From NCBI GenBank assembly GCA_001938485.1, contig MQRK01226028.1, positions 1 to 64,000 of the forward strand: a DNA stretch of 64,000 bases. The letters run 5' to 3'. The number at the start of each line of letters is the position of its first letter. The stretch's first letter is position 1. The notes under the pieces are model-generated. The model did no database searches. It was not told where the DNA came from and saw only the letters and a program-made list of their open reading frames with translations. The translations under genes and the position numbers were made by a program. Below, in pieces: positions 38,831-53,203 of this stretch. The DNA comes from Girardia tigrina. Its lineage: Eukaryota.

Positions 38831-41800
38831 ATGATTTTTTTTCGGTTGAAAATAAATTAGTACGAGCTACTTTGTAAAAGATTGTTAGAAAAACAAATTC
38901 CAAAAACCCTTTTTAAATATTTACAAATTTATATTTTCAATTTTCTCATCGTCGTCTGAATTACGAATTTTTGAATTATGAATTTATATTGGGTATAAAT
39001 CTTAATTTTTTATTATTTTAAATTAATTTTAAGACAAAAATACGCGTTATAAACGTTTTAGATTGGAGATACATCAATCTGAAGATGTCCAAAAAAATTT
39101 GAACCCTAATTAAAACATTTAACGAAGTCCACGATATCAGAGTGATAGCAAGACCTTTGATTTTGTGATTACCGATATCGCGGACTCTGCGTATTTGTTA
39201 TAATTGAATAGATGTTTAAAAAAACATTTTGTATTGATCAGTGTTAATAAACTTTTTATAATCAATGGTTTGCTTTACCTTTTTATTATTATCTTTTATT
39301 GAGAAACTCATTCGTGTGACTTAAGACAAAATGATTGAAAGAGAACAAATTAAGATTGATCAGTCTAAAGAGACAATTAAAATTAATTGTTAAATTCGTT
39401 AAAATAGTATTTACTTTACTGTATGGATCAGGGGTGCTCAGACTTAAACCATTGGCGATCGGCAAGTGATAGACTGGTTCAAATTTTGTTCCTGCTCTGT
39501 GCAAAAGCACTTTCTGGCCTTTGAAATGAGCTGATGTAGATCCGTCTCACCTTGTAAGTACTGGCGATAGTTTAGTTCCGCCACTGAATCATCAACTGTT
39601 TGCACATTTTTCAATCCAAAACAATTACTTACGAAAACAGTTTTCCTATTGCATACTTACATATCTATAAAATAAACTACTGAAATAATTTTAGATATCA
39701 ATTAACAATCTGCCACACAGGACGACTATAGCCATTCAATTTTTGACGATCTTTAGAAAACTGACGGCTATAGCAAACTTACATTCTTTGATTTAAAAAA
39801 AGCAGAACCATAGATAGTACAACGTGTACTAAAGCAATTATGCAGTTCGACAAAAAACAAAAAATGTAGATATGCAGATATAAATTTTTTTGAGACAAAA
39901 TGTAATTTTATCAGATATGTAAGTGATGCTTAATTTCCTATAGCAATATAAAATAATTAAAAAAGTGTTTCTGGGCACGATCATGAAACAAAGTGTGAAG
40001 CAACGTGTTAAATTATTGGTGAAGTTTTACTTTCTCTGACAACACAAATTATCGGGGCACGCTAAAACATCGAAAAAAACATCAAAAATGACGTCATTAA
40101 AAACATCGAAAAAGATCATTCAATGGCATTATTAGTTCTTGGAATATCACTAAAAAGACGTGTTCTTGCGTGCTATAAATGCAATGTAAAAATTACCTTA
40201 CTTAAAATTTCATCAAGTTCCATTCTCATATAATATTCGTGAAAAATATTCATTTTGATTTGTACGTGAGAAAGCTTTTTTTAGAGAAATTCGTATATTC
40301 GTTAAGGATTTCATCTATTTAATCATCGCAAATCAATTGATAAATGAAGAGATATAAAAATGGTTTTACGATTAAAAATATGTGTTTTAAAGATTTTTAA
40401 GGTTTAACACAAAATCCATAAACATATTTATTAATAATGTAAATTTGAATTTTATATAAAACGTAATATTTAATATTTGAAAGGATAACTTTTATCTAAA
40501 TATAAAACAAATCAAATGTCATATGAATTCATAAATTTTAAACTTAAAATGTAAAGACAAAATGTAATTTTATCGAAATCTAAATACAATTTAAAAATGG
40601 TTAAGTTTAAATAAATAAAATGTTTTATATTTTTATTGAAATGAAAATGTACATTACAAAGTTAATTAAAAAGGTAATTGTGTTAAAACGAAAATGTAAA
40701 ATAAAATGGAAATTTAATAAAAGATGAAATTTTGTGTCATGAATATGGGGAATTCTGAATTCGAACCCAATAACGAGTAAGTTAATTTTTTGTTTTTGGT
40801 GATCAAAATAATAATTAAAGTATATTTTGAAATTTCATTAATTTATTTATTCATTCATTCATTATTATAATCATTATTTAATGATACATCATTTCATTAC
40901 TTTTTTTCTACGTTTTAACGTGGTACCATAAATTATAAATCAATTTCGTATAGTGAAAGTATTTTAATAATGTAATGAAATAAATTTTTATCAAATAAAA
41001 TTGGTTTGACAACTGACTTTTATTTGACTTTTAAAATAGAAATTACAACAATTAAAAATTAAAATAAATAAAAAAATTGCTTTTATGATTTCGCTAAGTT
41101 TATGTTTATTATTTAACTTTTTGAATCAATTAATGTAAACAAGAAATAATTTTTACAAAGTTAAAATATAGAATGGAATATAATTTGATTTATTTTAATT
41201 TGGACACAATATTTAATTCAAAAAACAAACCTTAAATGTTTTCAAGAAAGTAAATTAGATATTTCTCTGAAGCACTAAAATATTTTGAGTTAATTCTCAA
41301 TACAAAGTGGAAAATTGTAAACTTTAATCAAACAGAAAATCAATTACTCTATAATAATTTTGATGAAATCTCATTCAAAAAATGAAAAGCCACTTTTGGC
41401 AAACTAATTTAAAATAAACTTTAAAAATTTATGTCAATTTATTTAAATAAATTGTAAGAATCATTAACAATAATATAATTTATTAACTTTACACATCTCG
41501 ACAGAATTTCTAAACTAGTAAATAATAATATGTAAATAAATAATGAAAAATGGATGGTAGCCCAAACTTAGTTTATTAAACTCATAAACCATGTTTAAAC
41601 GTGCTAGGTGATTCATCTAATAACACTAACGGGCTTCATACTATCCTGAGTCACCCTGACCGGAAAAGCTTTCTATATAAAATTAGACTGAAATTAGTGG
41701 AATGCCAAAAGTGTTACATTTACCGCGCTATCATATTAATCAGTATATTTAAATGTTTAAAATGACCCTTTATCCTTAAAAATTGTTCTTTAAAGAAGGA

Positions 41801-42989
41801 TGTCATCTAATCTAACAGTAAAAAAAATTGAACCTTTAATTGTGTGAATCTGATATTATTTAACTTCCAATTCATTAAATAAATATTGAATGGTTTTCGA
41901 ATTAAAATCCAAATAAGTATTAAAAAGAACACAATAAAAAACTGTATTTCAGGAAAAGAAATAATTTTTAACACTATACTTCATCAAAAAGTTCTTTAAA
42001 AGATAGTTTTAAATTTGAACTACGTTTATCAGATTAAACAAAATTTGTAAAGTTCATTCTTAGGAGAGCTATAAGTCTTCGACAGTAAATACTTTTTTAG
42101 GTCTAATTATGCTGTTATTCCGAAACATGTAAATATAAAATGGTTTATATTACGGAAGCGAGCTGATAAAACAAAGTATTTTACTCAGCTCGGTTACGTA
42201 ACAAACGTATTTTAAATAGTGTTTGAATTGAAGTAAGACACCAAATGAATAAATAATGAAATTATAATTCTTTATAACAACTCACCAAAGGGTGGATGAC
42301 AGGGTGTCTAATGTTAATGAACCACAAAGAGGGCAAAAGATTGAGAATAATGTCCAAATGAATGAGGTGATGGGTCAACGATGATAAATTAACGTACCAA
42401 ATAATTAACTGTCTTTTCTTCTATTAAATTTTCAACCATTAAATTGATCTGNNNNNNNNNNTCGTCGTCGTCGTCGTCGGTGTTGTGGCGGACTGAGTAA
42501 ACGAATTATTTCCAGAAAATTGAGATCAGAATCAGGAGGGAGAATTAAAATTCCTGCCTTGACTGTTGATATTCTTTTTAAATTGTTAATTCTAATTTTC
42601 GATTTTATTTTTGATCGTTTTTTAATTTAATTTAACCTGTGGCAATTATTATTATTTTTATTTAAAGCAACATTGGAATTTGAAACAAATCCATTAGATC
42701 CGACAAAACTGTTGTTAAACGAACTTAAAGACTTCGTTTCAGTGGTTGCTTTTAATTGATTAAAAATTGACTCTAGACCTGGATCTTGACTTTTGATTTA
42801 NNNNNNNNNNNNNNNNNNNTTTTCTTTATCTTTCTTTATTTCAATCAGATGTTAAAACATACAAAAAAATATAAAAAAAACACGCACACGCTCATCATTC
42901 CGGTGGCATTGAACGTCGTTCAAAAAAAAAACAAAGTCCGTAACAGTTTAGTCTTGCAAAAAAATATTTTTTGGAGTTATTATATACAG

Positions 42990-43430
42990 CAGACATGGCC
43001 AAACTGCGGTTCTTGAAAAATAATGAGAATATCGTGTTATTTTAGTTTAAAAAAATACAACTCTTATACATCACATAAAAAATAATAATCTAATGAACTA
43101 AAAATTAAATATATATATTATGCATCAAAATATGAAATTAATAACAAAAATTGTTTTATTATTAGTATATGCATATGTTAACATCTTAAAATTGATTGAT
43201 TATTCTTATTTAAAATTTTTTTTAAAATTGTTTGATAAAGATGTCGAATAACAAGAAAAAAGATTTGAAGATGAAAATCGAGTTTTTAAACCAGAATGGG
43301 AAGAAAATTATGCATTTATCGATAGAAAAGGAAACCCTTTGTGCCTTATTTTCAGTCAATCACTTGTTCAGTACAAAGCAAGTAATCTAAAGCGACACCA
43401 TGATCAAACCCATATTTCTTATTGCCTGGT
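42990..43430 (+). mobile_element. hAT (SPIN/GTF2IRD2-like) 5' remnant
   Basis: Terminus CAGACATGGCCAAACTGCGG. 43241-43415 translates (with a frameshift) to DENRVFKPEWEENYAFIDRKGNPLCLI...KASNLKRHH, a BED-finger-type N-terminus. Confidence 0.75.
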
Positions 43431-46400
43431 AATATGATTATCAATTTACAACGTCTTTAGCCATTTTGTTAATTTAATAAAAATCAATTATATTCTAAAA
43501 ACTTCATTTCAATTTAACTCTTGTTTTATTTTTACGGATAAACTATGTAAATAGACATAAAATCCCATTTATTTGTGTATTTATCAGGTTTTATACATAC
43601 TTTTCATTGATATTTTAACACGCAAATGTCATTTGCTTCAATTAATTGCGGTCTCTTGTATTATATTAAAATTATTGCAATAATGTTTGATTATTTCGTG
43701 CATTCCTTGTTCGAGTGATGCTTCATTAATTTATTTGAATTTTTTCAATTTTTAAATTATAATAAATTAATAGTTTTATTTTTATAACATTTTAAAAGGA
43801 AAGTCTTTAAACTAGAGGTTAAATTTATCTTTCATTTTGTACTTAGATTAATTATATTGAAATATTACAATATACGTGTGTATATAAACGTATGTATATG
43901 TTAAAGGAAATGCTTTAAGAGTTAATTTTTTTTATTTAAACGCTACGTATTTTTTATGAAAAAGCTAAGAATTTCTAATAAAATTCTTAGTAACATATCC
44001 TAATCCTATGTATTATAATTATATTAGTAAATAAATATTTTCTGAGTACAAAAATAAATCGCTAAGAAAAAACAATAAGTTTAAGTTATAATAATTAATC
44101 ACTAAGAAAATTAAAACAAAATCAGCTGGTATTTATAAAAAGCAACATGGTTCGACTTTGTTGTACAGTAGAACCTGTCTAATCCGTCCCTTTTTAAGCT
44201 GGCAGGTCCGAACATCCACATTTTTCAATCACGGTATTTGTTCTGACTCTCTCTATTCCGGCATATTTTAAAATCACCGGCCATGAAATTTAATTCTTGT
44301 TCTTTAAAGTGAAAATTAATTATTTTTCTTTAAAATGATACACAACTAGATTTCTCATGTAAGGAAGCGTTCAGTAAAATTATGACAAGAAAAATTTGGA
44401 GCTATTTCTATGAAATGAAAACAGAAGAAGGAAAAAAATGTTTATAGGTGTAATTCAGCTAAGTTTAAAGCGATGCTGGTATTTATTTCTATATGATTCT
44501 ACAAGTTTCGAGATGATCTTATTTCGAGCTACAGTTAAACATTAACCAAGGAAATTCTTGAAAAAATCTTTTTCTGAATATGTCAAAAATATTATAAATA
44601 AACTAATAGAACTTAGAATTAAGCTTTAGAGAATTTTAGAAATTCTGCATAAGTGAGGAATTTTATTTTTATTGAAAAGAAAAAAATTCCGTCAATAATT
44701 CAAATTAAGAATTTTCAATTTAGGAATTTGTTAGTTTAATTTTTTAACTTTTTCAAAAGTTATAATGTGTTAGGTCCATACGCATCATGTTTAGGCTGAA
44801 GAAGTTAAAGCACCGGTCACTACAGATTTTTGGGAACCTGTTATTGAAGACATTGATAAGTTAAAGTTGTTCCAGTTTTCTGAAGTTTTTGAAAATGCAT
44901 CTTTTTTCTTTCTTAAAAAATCAAAAAAAATGTTGCAGAAGCCATCGACTATTTTAATAATTAGTGTTTATTATTGAAAAACACTTGTTAGGAAGGACTG
45001 TATTTTTCACTCCAAGTACCAAAGATGTTTTGCAGAGTTTTATCGATATATCAAAGAAGAAAACCTTAATATGGATGATTTTCTCTATTTCGTTTCCTGG
45101 TTGTTGCTTTTGAGATGGTTGTCAAGTTGAGAAGATATTGATACAACAATCGAATATTTCATTCCATCTGGATAAACAAACTAAATTTCAAAAATTGTTA
45201 TGAACGAAAAAATTATTGCGTTTTAAAACCTCCGAGCAATATAAAAAACGTACTTTCAATGTTTGGAAAATCAGTCTTCTTAAATAAAAGCCTTACAAGA
45301 AAAGGTATACTGTTAAGTTTAGAAAACTTAATAAATTTTAAAAATAAAATGTTGTTTTAATGTATAAATAAATGATATTTTATTTATTCAATTGTAAATT
45401 TATTTATTAAAAGTTTATAAATAACACAATAAGTCAAATATAAAATGTAAATAAAAGAAAGAAGGAAAATAAAAGGAAAAAAATATGTAAGAAATAAAAA
45501 TAATGATTTTATTTAGTAAATTAAGAGGATTTTAAATTAAATTATGTATATAAAAAGGAAAGCTTTTTAAAGAAGAATACAAAACAAATATATACGCAAG
45601 GAATAAAGAAATAATAAAATATTAATTAAATCAATTATTCATGAAACAATATTATCGAACCAAGATTACGTCTAGAAAGACTGAATTTTAATTTGGAATC
45701 TTGCTACTAAAGAGATCGTGAAGGTTATTCACAAACAAAAAAAATAAAAGTTGACAATTTATTGAAAGTACGAGTCTAAGAGTAGTAATACTTTTTATCC
45801 TTTTTATAAAAAAGTATGTTAAAATCTTATCCTATATTATAATCTTGTGCTAAGGTCTTAAGATTTTGTATGTATAAAATTTGTACTTATATATATAATA
45901 TATAATATGCGTTGTAGCAATTATGTTATGTGATGATTTGACGTGAGTTGGAAATAAATGGTTTTAATAATTGTATATGTACATTGTTCTCCTTTCTTGA
46001 GTGTTGAATAAAAATATGTAAAATAAAAGAGCATTGCTTGATTGATTAATATAATACTGAAGGTAATCACTCAGTGTAATTTTATTTATGTATTTACGTT
46101 AAATATATAATTAGAATATGGTTTTATATTGAAATATAAATATATTGAAACTATTAACATTTACAAAACGGAAAGTTAAGTTACAAAAACGAAGGCAGTA
46201 TGTTTTGGATCACTTGAAAACAAGAAAATACATTTGTGTAATAGTCAAAATTAAAATTTAAATAATGCTACATTTTTTCTTCTCACAAGGTGTATGATAG
46301 ATTTGTAAATGATACTTGATTGTCCACTGAATATATTGAATATGATATTATCTTTCCTTAGAAATTCAATACTATTTGAAGAGTTTGATTTTCTTAAGGG

Positions 46401-47076
46401 TTTCTTCTTTTGGCGATTTGATTTATGATTTGTCTGATTCAGATTCGTTTATTTTATATATTTTTTAAACAGACAGTTGAATAATAGTATGATATGTTTT
46501 GTTTCGTGAGTTAATTAATGATGTTTTTTTTTATTCTTAATTTCAATGACGAGGTTGTTGATAGTACAAAACGTAATAATATTACTTTCTTTTTCGTGAA
46601 TTTTAACAACAGACAATCAATAGATCTTTATCTCTGACTTGATTAATTCAAGAATACGGAATTATCGTTGTATATACATTTACGGGTTAATCATATTAAC
46701 ACAGAAAAAGTCGCTAAGTTATTAATATTAAATTTCAAGATAATTTTTAATTGTGATTATTAATATGATAATATTGATTTCATACATTAATATTTTTAAA
46801 TCTAAATTTTAATTTTTTATATTATCCCAAGGTAATTAACTCTAAATCATGGGAACAATTATAATAAACATTAAAAATTTAATATAATAAGAAAATAAAA
46901 TACAATGATATACATACATGAAAGATAAAATAACAATAACATGATATATAAATAATTAGTTAAATAAATAATATATAAATGCATAGGAAATTTACTGATA
47001 TTTCAATAATTAATTTATTATAAATAAAGATAATTTTTTTTGGTAGGGTTACTACTTATATATATATATATATATA

Positions 47077-48790
47077 TTATGTTGGGGAAAAAGTAATCCG
47101 TTATTTTTGCTTGAAATTCAAGACTTTATTTAACATGTTTCGGATTGTCCTCTTGTAGTCAAATATGCGTCGTTTTCTTGTATAATTAGTTGTAAAATTT
47201 TGAAGGTACCTTCATAATACCTATCTCGTAGAAGTCTTGGTTCTTATTGGTGAAAAAATCTAGAATTCGATTTTCACATTCTTCATCTGATCCCAATTTC
47301 TTATCACACAGGAAATTTTGCAATCCGAGAAAAAGGTGGTAATCGCTAAGCGCCAAGTCCGTACTATATGATGGATGCATTAAAACCGCCCAACCAAGCT
47401 CTCTGAGTTTCTGGCGAGTCACTACAGACGTGTGTAATCCTGCGTTGTCATGACAGAACACCTCTTTTTTGGTCAATTCTGACCATTTATCATCAATTCA
47501 TAGCTTCAAAGGGCCAATAGTTGACAGTACAGATCTAAATTTACGGTTCGGACATGTGGAAGCGCCTCATAATAAATGATTCCTTTTCAGTCCCGTCAAA
47601 TATACAGTAAAACTATCCTGGCCGTTAGTCCTGATTTGGTCACCGTTTGAGTTGCTTCACCGTGCTTTGACCTCGATCTTTTTAGAACAATATTGTCATA
47701 TGTCATCCATTTCTCATCCCGAGTAACCATTCTTTTAAGAAATTATTCGATTTTATTTCGTTTGGCCAAGGCTTCGCAGATGAAAATTCGATCCATCATG
47801 TTTTTAGTGTTATTTGGAGTGGAACCAAAATATTGATTGTCCTTTTAAATCCTACTTTACCCATATGAGGGGTTAATTTACATTTATTATTTACATTTAT
47901 TACATTTACATTTATTATTTTTTATTTAAAGGGTAAAATATTTTAATTTTAATATGCTTATTAAATATTTTAAAATTAAAAATGATATAATAAAACAACT
48001 ATTAAAAAATCAAATACGTATATAAAGATAAAATATTTTTAATGTGTTTTTTAAATATCTTAAAAATTAAAAATGATATAATAAAAGAAAATCATAAAAA
48101 ATTAAATATCTATTTAAAAATAAAAAAATATCTATTTAATGTATCTATTAAATGTCTTAAAATTAAAAATGATAAGAAAACCATTAAATATTAAATATTT
48201 ATTATAAATAAAAATATTTTTACAGTCATAACAATTTATATATTTTAATAGAAGTTATGAAACAATTTTAAATAAATTCTAAAATAAATTTTTGGTTTTA
48301 ATGTCAAAATTATTTAATGAATTTGCAAGATTTTAAATAAATTTTGATGTTAAAAAATAAATCCTGATATTGATGTTGCAACCACTTCTCTCAACCCAAA
48401 TGATGTAAAACCATTTTTTGGTCGATCCTCAGCTCCAAGGCGATACTACGACTACTATTATACCGGTTTACTTCGATCATTGCCGAGATTATATCGACAT
48501 TTTCGACGATAGGCCTGCCTGTGCGAGTTGTATCTTCAACATCAAAAATGCCTCCACGGAATCGACGAAACTAAACTTGCGTGTAATTAGCTGTTACAAT
48601 ATTTACACCATAAACATCATTCTCAATCACAGCCGCTTGGCTTGAATTTTCGCCTTTATCGAATAAAAACTGTAAATTTTTCCGAATTGTTTCTTTATTG
48701 GCTTCCCTGTAACTCAGAACTGAATAAAAAGGAAAAATGTTTTTATTGTGAAATATTACCTTGACAAAGAGCATAAATTTGAAATCATTT
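47077..48790 (-). mobile_element. mellifera-like mariner, decayed and interrupted
   Basis: TIR TTATGTTGGGGAAAAAGTAATCC inserted in a (TA)n run. Motifs HDNAGLHTSVVTRQKLRELGW and HPSYSTDLALSDYHLF; N-terminus NKETIRKNLQFLFDKGENSSQAA. The second TIR is not seen. Confidence 0.88.
47869..48393. mobile_element. AT-rich non-autonomous insertion inside the mariner
   Basis: Flanked by near-identical 10-mers (ACCCATATGA / ACCCAAATGA); mariner coding sequence resumes on each side. Confidence 0.6.
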
Positions 48791-48873
48791 TATCGATAAA
48801 TAATAGATTATTATATTTTAGATTATTATAATATATATATATATATTTGAGAAACACTAAATAATTTTATAAG

Positions 48874-51800
48874 TGTGGTGTGATTTTATATGGATTTATT
48901 AAATTATTAATAAATCAGTTTGTTTAAATTAATAGTTTGTGTAATGTCAGTTTATTTTAAAATATATTTTTATTCAGGTCTTCGTCAAGCTATCGCGGCT
49001 GATGAATAGAATAAAATTCACGGGTGCAGTCCGGTTATTCGATGAATCCGGAAATTTCGCAGAATGGTATCGCATTATTTGAGGCGACGGCAACCGTTTA
49101 CGACATTGAAAAGGTGGTTGCTCTGCCAATGCTGCTCGAGGGTTGAGCGTATGAATTGTTTTCCGGGCTACCGAGCGGAAAGCAGGGGTGCTACGAGGAG
49201 GTAAAGGATGCGCTGCTGAGCGCCTGCGGTCTTGACCTAAGGGAGGCGTATGCAGAATTCCGTTCGAAATATCTACGACCAGGTGAAGCAGTGGAATAAT
49301 TCGCATCTGATCTGCGGCGGCTCGCGACAACGGTTTGTCACGGACAACAGTCCCAGGATTTTTTTCTGAGACAGGCCTTTATGTGATGTCTACCGGACGA
49401 GATTGCAAAGTATATATCGGCAGAAGCGGTGAGGAAAGAATTTCCGCTTGAGGAACTAATATCGATGGCACACACGCTGCTCTGCATCAGCAAAGCGGGG
49501 ATAAGTGACGCGATGGCAATGGCATCATCGTAGGCTGTCGATGATAGCGGAGCAGGAAACAGTGGAAAGGCAAATATGACGGTGGCAGTAATAAAATACA
49601 AGAATGGCGGAAATCGAGCGCATCACTCGAACTACAACTGGTGGGGCCACGGGCAACGGATTCGAAAGGAGGACGAAGAATGGGATCAATCCACCATCAA
49701 GGGTAAGCAAAGGCATTGCTTCATCTGTGATTCAACAGACCACCTTTGTGCTGAATGCCCACGCTGCCAGCAGCGTCCGGGAAAAGATTAGCAGGGCCTC
49801 ACTGTTGCGCAGGTGGGGTGTCTGTGGGTTTTGTCGCGCATCTGCCAACAATCGAAGTCAGAGTCGAGGGGCGGGCCGTAAGAGCAATGGTGTATACCGG
49901 GTGCTCAGTGTCTATGATCGCCCAGGGGTTGGTTCCGGAGAATCACGCGGAGCGAGTATCGGAGAAGCTCCAAACAGTGCTCGGTCCGACGGTGATTAAG
50001 TTCGGTGCCTGACTGAACATCAGCGTATCCGGGTACCAGTTGCGATGTTGGGTCATGCTCGCTCAAAACCTGAGTGGAATAGCAAGGAAGATTTGGGGAC
50101 TCAAGAAGGTCTCTGAACAGCAGATCGAAGCGGTAATAAAGAATTGTGAGCCATGTGCTTCAATCGATCCGTCGCCATTGCCTTGGAGGGAGGGTGAACT
50201 GGCAGTGAAGAGAACGTGGCTACAACTTCCTAAACCACCTTTACACCAACCAAATTTGCAACTTGTGCCGTAAATGTGGAAAATACTTGGATACACCCAT
50301 ATACATCATCAACGGATGCGACTACTCCCTCCTATTCGGTACCATGAAACACGACAAAATCAAATACGACCTAGCCAAATTCCTCGGTAAAAAGTTCGGC
50401 CACAATACCGTAAGTGTCGAACACAGACACACAATGCCAAACGGAAAACTATTCATCTTCGACATTCTCGTCGACTTTGGTCGCACAGCCTGGATCATCA
50501 AGGTCAAAAGCCCCTGGGGCGCAGAGGACACCTTCAATCACGCATTTGACAGAGCCTGTGAAAAATACCTCGACGCCCAACTAGATCTCATCCAATCCCA
50601 TGGAAAATCCGAAGTCTCAATCTTCCCTTTCGTCGTTGGTAGCCTCGGCCGATGGTAACCCACCAACAACTTCCTCCTCGCCGCCATTGGATGGAATAAC
50701 GACGATATCGCAGCATACACCACCAGAACAGCTAGGCGAAATATCGAATTATATGCGAAACATTATAACCAACACCTCTTATTCATCTCCAACGAAGAAA
50801 TCCTGAGAGATGACACTGCCTAACATCAAGCAGGCACCAGCACCTAGTTGACTCTCCCTTGCAGAGCTCAACTCTTTTCCGTCAGTGCGACAAAGGTAGA
50901 CTTTCAAATCGCTGAATTATGGAGCCTTTTCAAACTTTGTCGAAAACGTGCTTGCATTTAGTTTAAATCTCACCTAAGACGTGTGTTTAAATTAAATTAA
51001 ATTAAACCGAAAAAATTGCTCACAATGGTCGATTGCGGCCCAAGGCGGTTTGCAATATTGTGCCAAATTGCATCAGAGAGCGAACCGGACTTATATGCAG
51101 CCATGAGCAGCGTGAGAAACAAGTTTGGTCCACCAGGAGAAGGTCTGTTGGATAATTATATCTCCTTCAGGAGATCGNGGGGCGGACCTCCTTGCTTAAG
51201 TCGGAATCGAGGCTCGATTTTGATGCGTAAACCGTAAATGGCATTGTGGACCGCAACCAACCAACGCGACCCCAAATGCAAATGGAGTAATTCCGGCGTC
51301 GACGGTTTTTGCGTAAAAGAGAAGATTACCATTGCTAAAACTTTCAATCAAGCACAACCTGGATCGCAGCATAATCCCCCACTAACGAAGCTGGCGGTCG
51401 GGGACACGGTGTTCGTAAAACCGGCGCCACCAGTCAGCTGCATGTCGCGGTGGAAGTGCGGAACGGTGTACAGGGACGCAATTTGTACATCAAGTAGAGG
51501 TAGACGGGAGGCCGTATCACGTCAGCCACGTGTGGCATTAACCGTCGGGATCAGCTCGGTTTCGTTCAGATGACGAAGTGAAGGAAAACGTTGAGATACG
51601 ATCGGCGCATCGCGATACTGTTCGGGTTGATGAATCAGAACCTGTACATGAATCTGGGCCAACCTGGGAGCCCGCTGAGGAGCGTCCTAGCAGAGCGATT
51701 CGCAGATTTGAAGACTTCGTATGTGCGGGTACAACAGCATGCGAAGGTGACAAAATTCCCCTTTGATCAAGAGGAGTATGTTTATGTGCCTTAAGGGAAC

Positions 51801-51921
51801 GGGGGTATGTGGTGTAATTTTATATGGATTTATTAAATTATTAATAAATCCGTTTGTTTAAATTAATAGTTGGTCTAATGTCAGTTTATTTTAAAAAATA
51901 TTTTTATTCAGGTCTTCGTCA
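48874..51921 (+). mobile_element. Ty3/gypsy LTR retrotransposon, internally deleted (no RT/RNase H)
   Basis: 114-bp TG...CA LTRs at 48874-48987 and 51808-51921 with about 5 differences, an ATAAG TSD on both sides and a PPT (AAGGGAACGGGGG). It has a gag knuckle CFICDSTDHLCAEC, a protease-like AMVYTGCSVS, and integrase fragments CEPCASIDP and LTMVDCGP. Confidence 0.92.
50221..51015 (+). mobile_element. 5'-truncated RLE non-LTR element (CCHC + RLE + 3'UTR) nested in the gypsy integrase
   Basis: CRKCGKYLDTPIYIINGC...KHD...DILV...KVKSPW...KY...PFVVGSLGRW, ending in an (ATTAA)n tail and an A-run. Confidence 0.85.
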
Positions 51922-53203
51922 ATAAGAAAAACTTTTACTTCGCATTTATATAAAAAACGGACAGACTCGTTAAAATAATTAAGACTTAACTTAAACAATT
52001 ATCCCTTGTTAATTGTTTAGAATTAAATATTTTATCATATAATTTTTTCTTTGTTAATTTTTATTTTTATTTATGGATTTCAGTTTTTGTTTCAAATAAT
52101 TTTCATTGTTTTCTTTTCATCAAAGAAATGGAATTATTTTAAATATCCGAAAATTTTTATAATTTTAAACTATAAAAGAAACTGACAATATCTATACAAT
52201 AATATTGTAGAAGTTCTATTGTGTTTATGTTTAAACAAATAAATGTAGACGAATTTAAAATGACCATTTATAATAAAAAAACTAACGGGAAATTTCATCT
52301 AACTATATAAAATAATTTTTGAAAAATATAAATAATAAAAAAATCCGCCCTTATTTGAGTGACATAATTATGTTATATACATTCTTTTCTGCTTGTTTAA
52401 ACAAGGAAATCATATGGATATAAAAGAATTTTTAATTTCTAATAACAAGAGATACAAAATGTATCATGTAATAATATTTTAGAATTAATTTCAGTTAAAA
52501 ATTTTAATATTAATAAAAACCAGCGACTTGCAGCATGGACCCCAGGAATGATATGAACATTCCGACTCATTTTTTTGGAAAATGTTTGGATACATTACAA
52601 GATTTTTGAACAGAGAATAAGTCAATAAATAAAAATTTTGAATGAATTGTGTTAAATAAATTTTAATTAACCAAAATTTTTATTTTTTAGTATATATAAT
52701 TTGAATGCAATTTTTATAATTTTTTTATATAACCCTATAATTATAAGGTTAATTAACTTTTTTTAAAATTTAGTTGCAACTTAATTAAGTTTATTAAAGT
52801 TTCATAAAAAAACAATTTTAATGAGTACTAAAATTTATTGCAACATTTAAGAAATTGACCACAACGCTTACTAAATTTATTGCAACAATTACGAATATGA
52901 TCGAAAAACCCTATAATATACTTACTGTCATTATTATGAAAATTATGTAAAATTATTCCTATATAAAGTTATCAAATATGAAAAAGTTAAATTTCATTAA
53001 AATAAAACACGACTTCTCTTCAAATAAAAGCTTTTTGTTTTCAATCAAAGTTTACACTCAGATTATAGCCACATTTTTGCTATTTCAACTGTAGTTTGTT
53101 TATCCTTCGCTATAGAAGCATGGTTCACAAGAGTCGTTGAACTGTTTTAATGCCGTTTTCGGTGATTTTGAGAACTTTTTCATGACAAAATGCTGTCCAA
53201 AAT

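Noticed and set aside
42300-42800. Alternative genetic code suggested by in-frame stops
   Set aside because: Other frames are open, and TE ORFs in the window end at standard TAA or TGA at the expected positions.
44166-44280. TA-CAGTAGAACC pogo-like terminus (also hAT-like ends at ~7330 and ~39428)
   Set aside because: No matching second TIR or coding remnant was found, so they are not delimited as elements.
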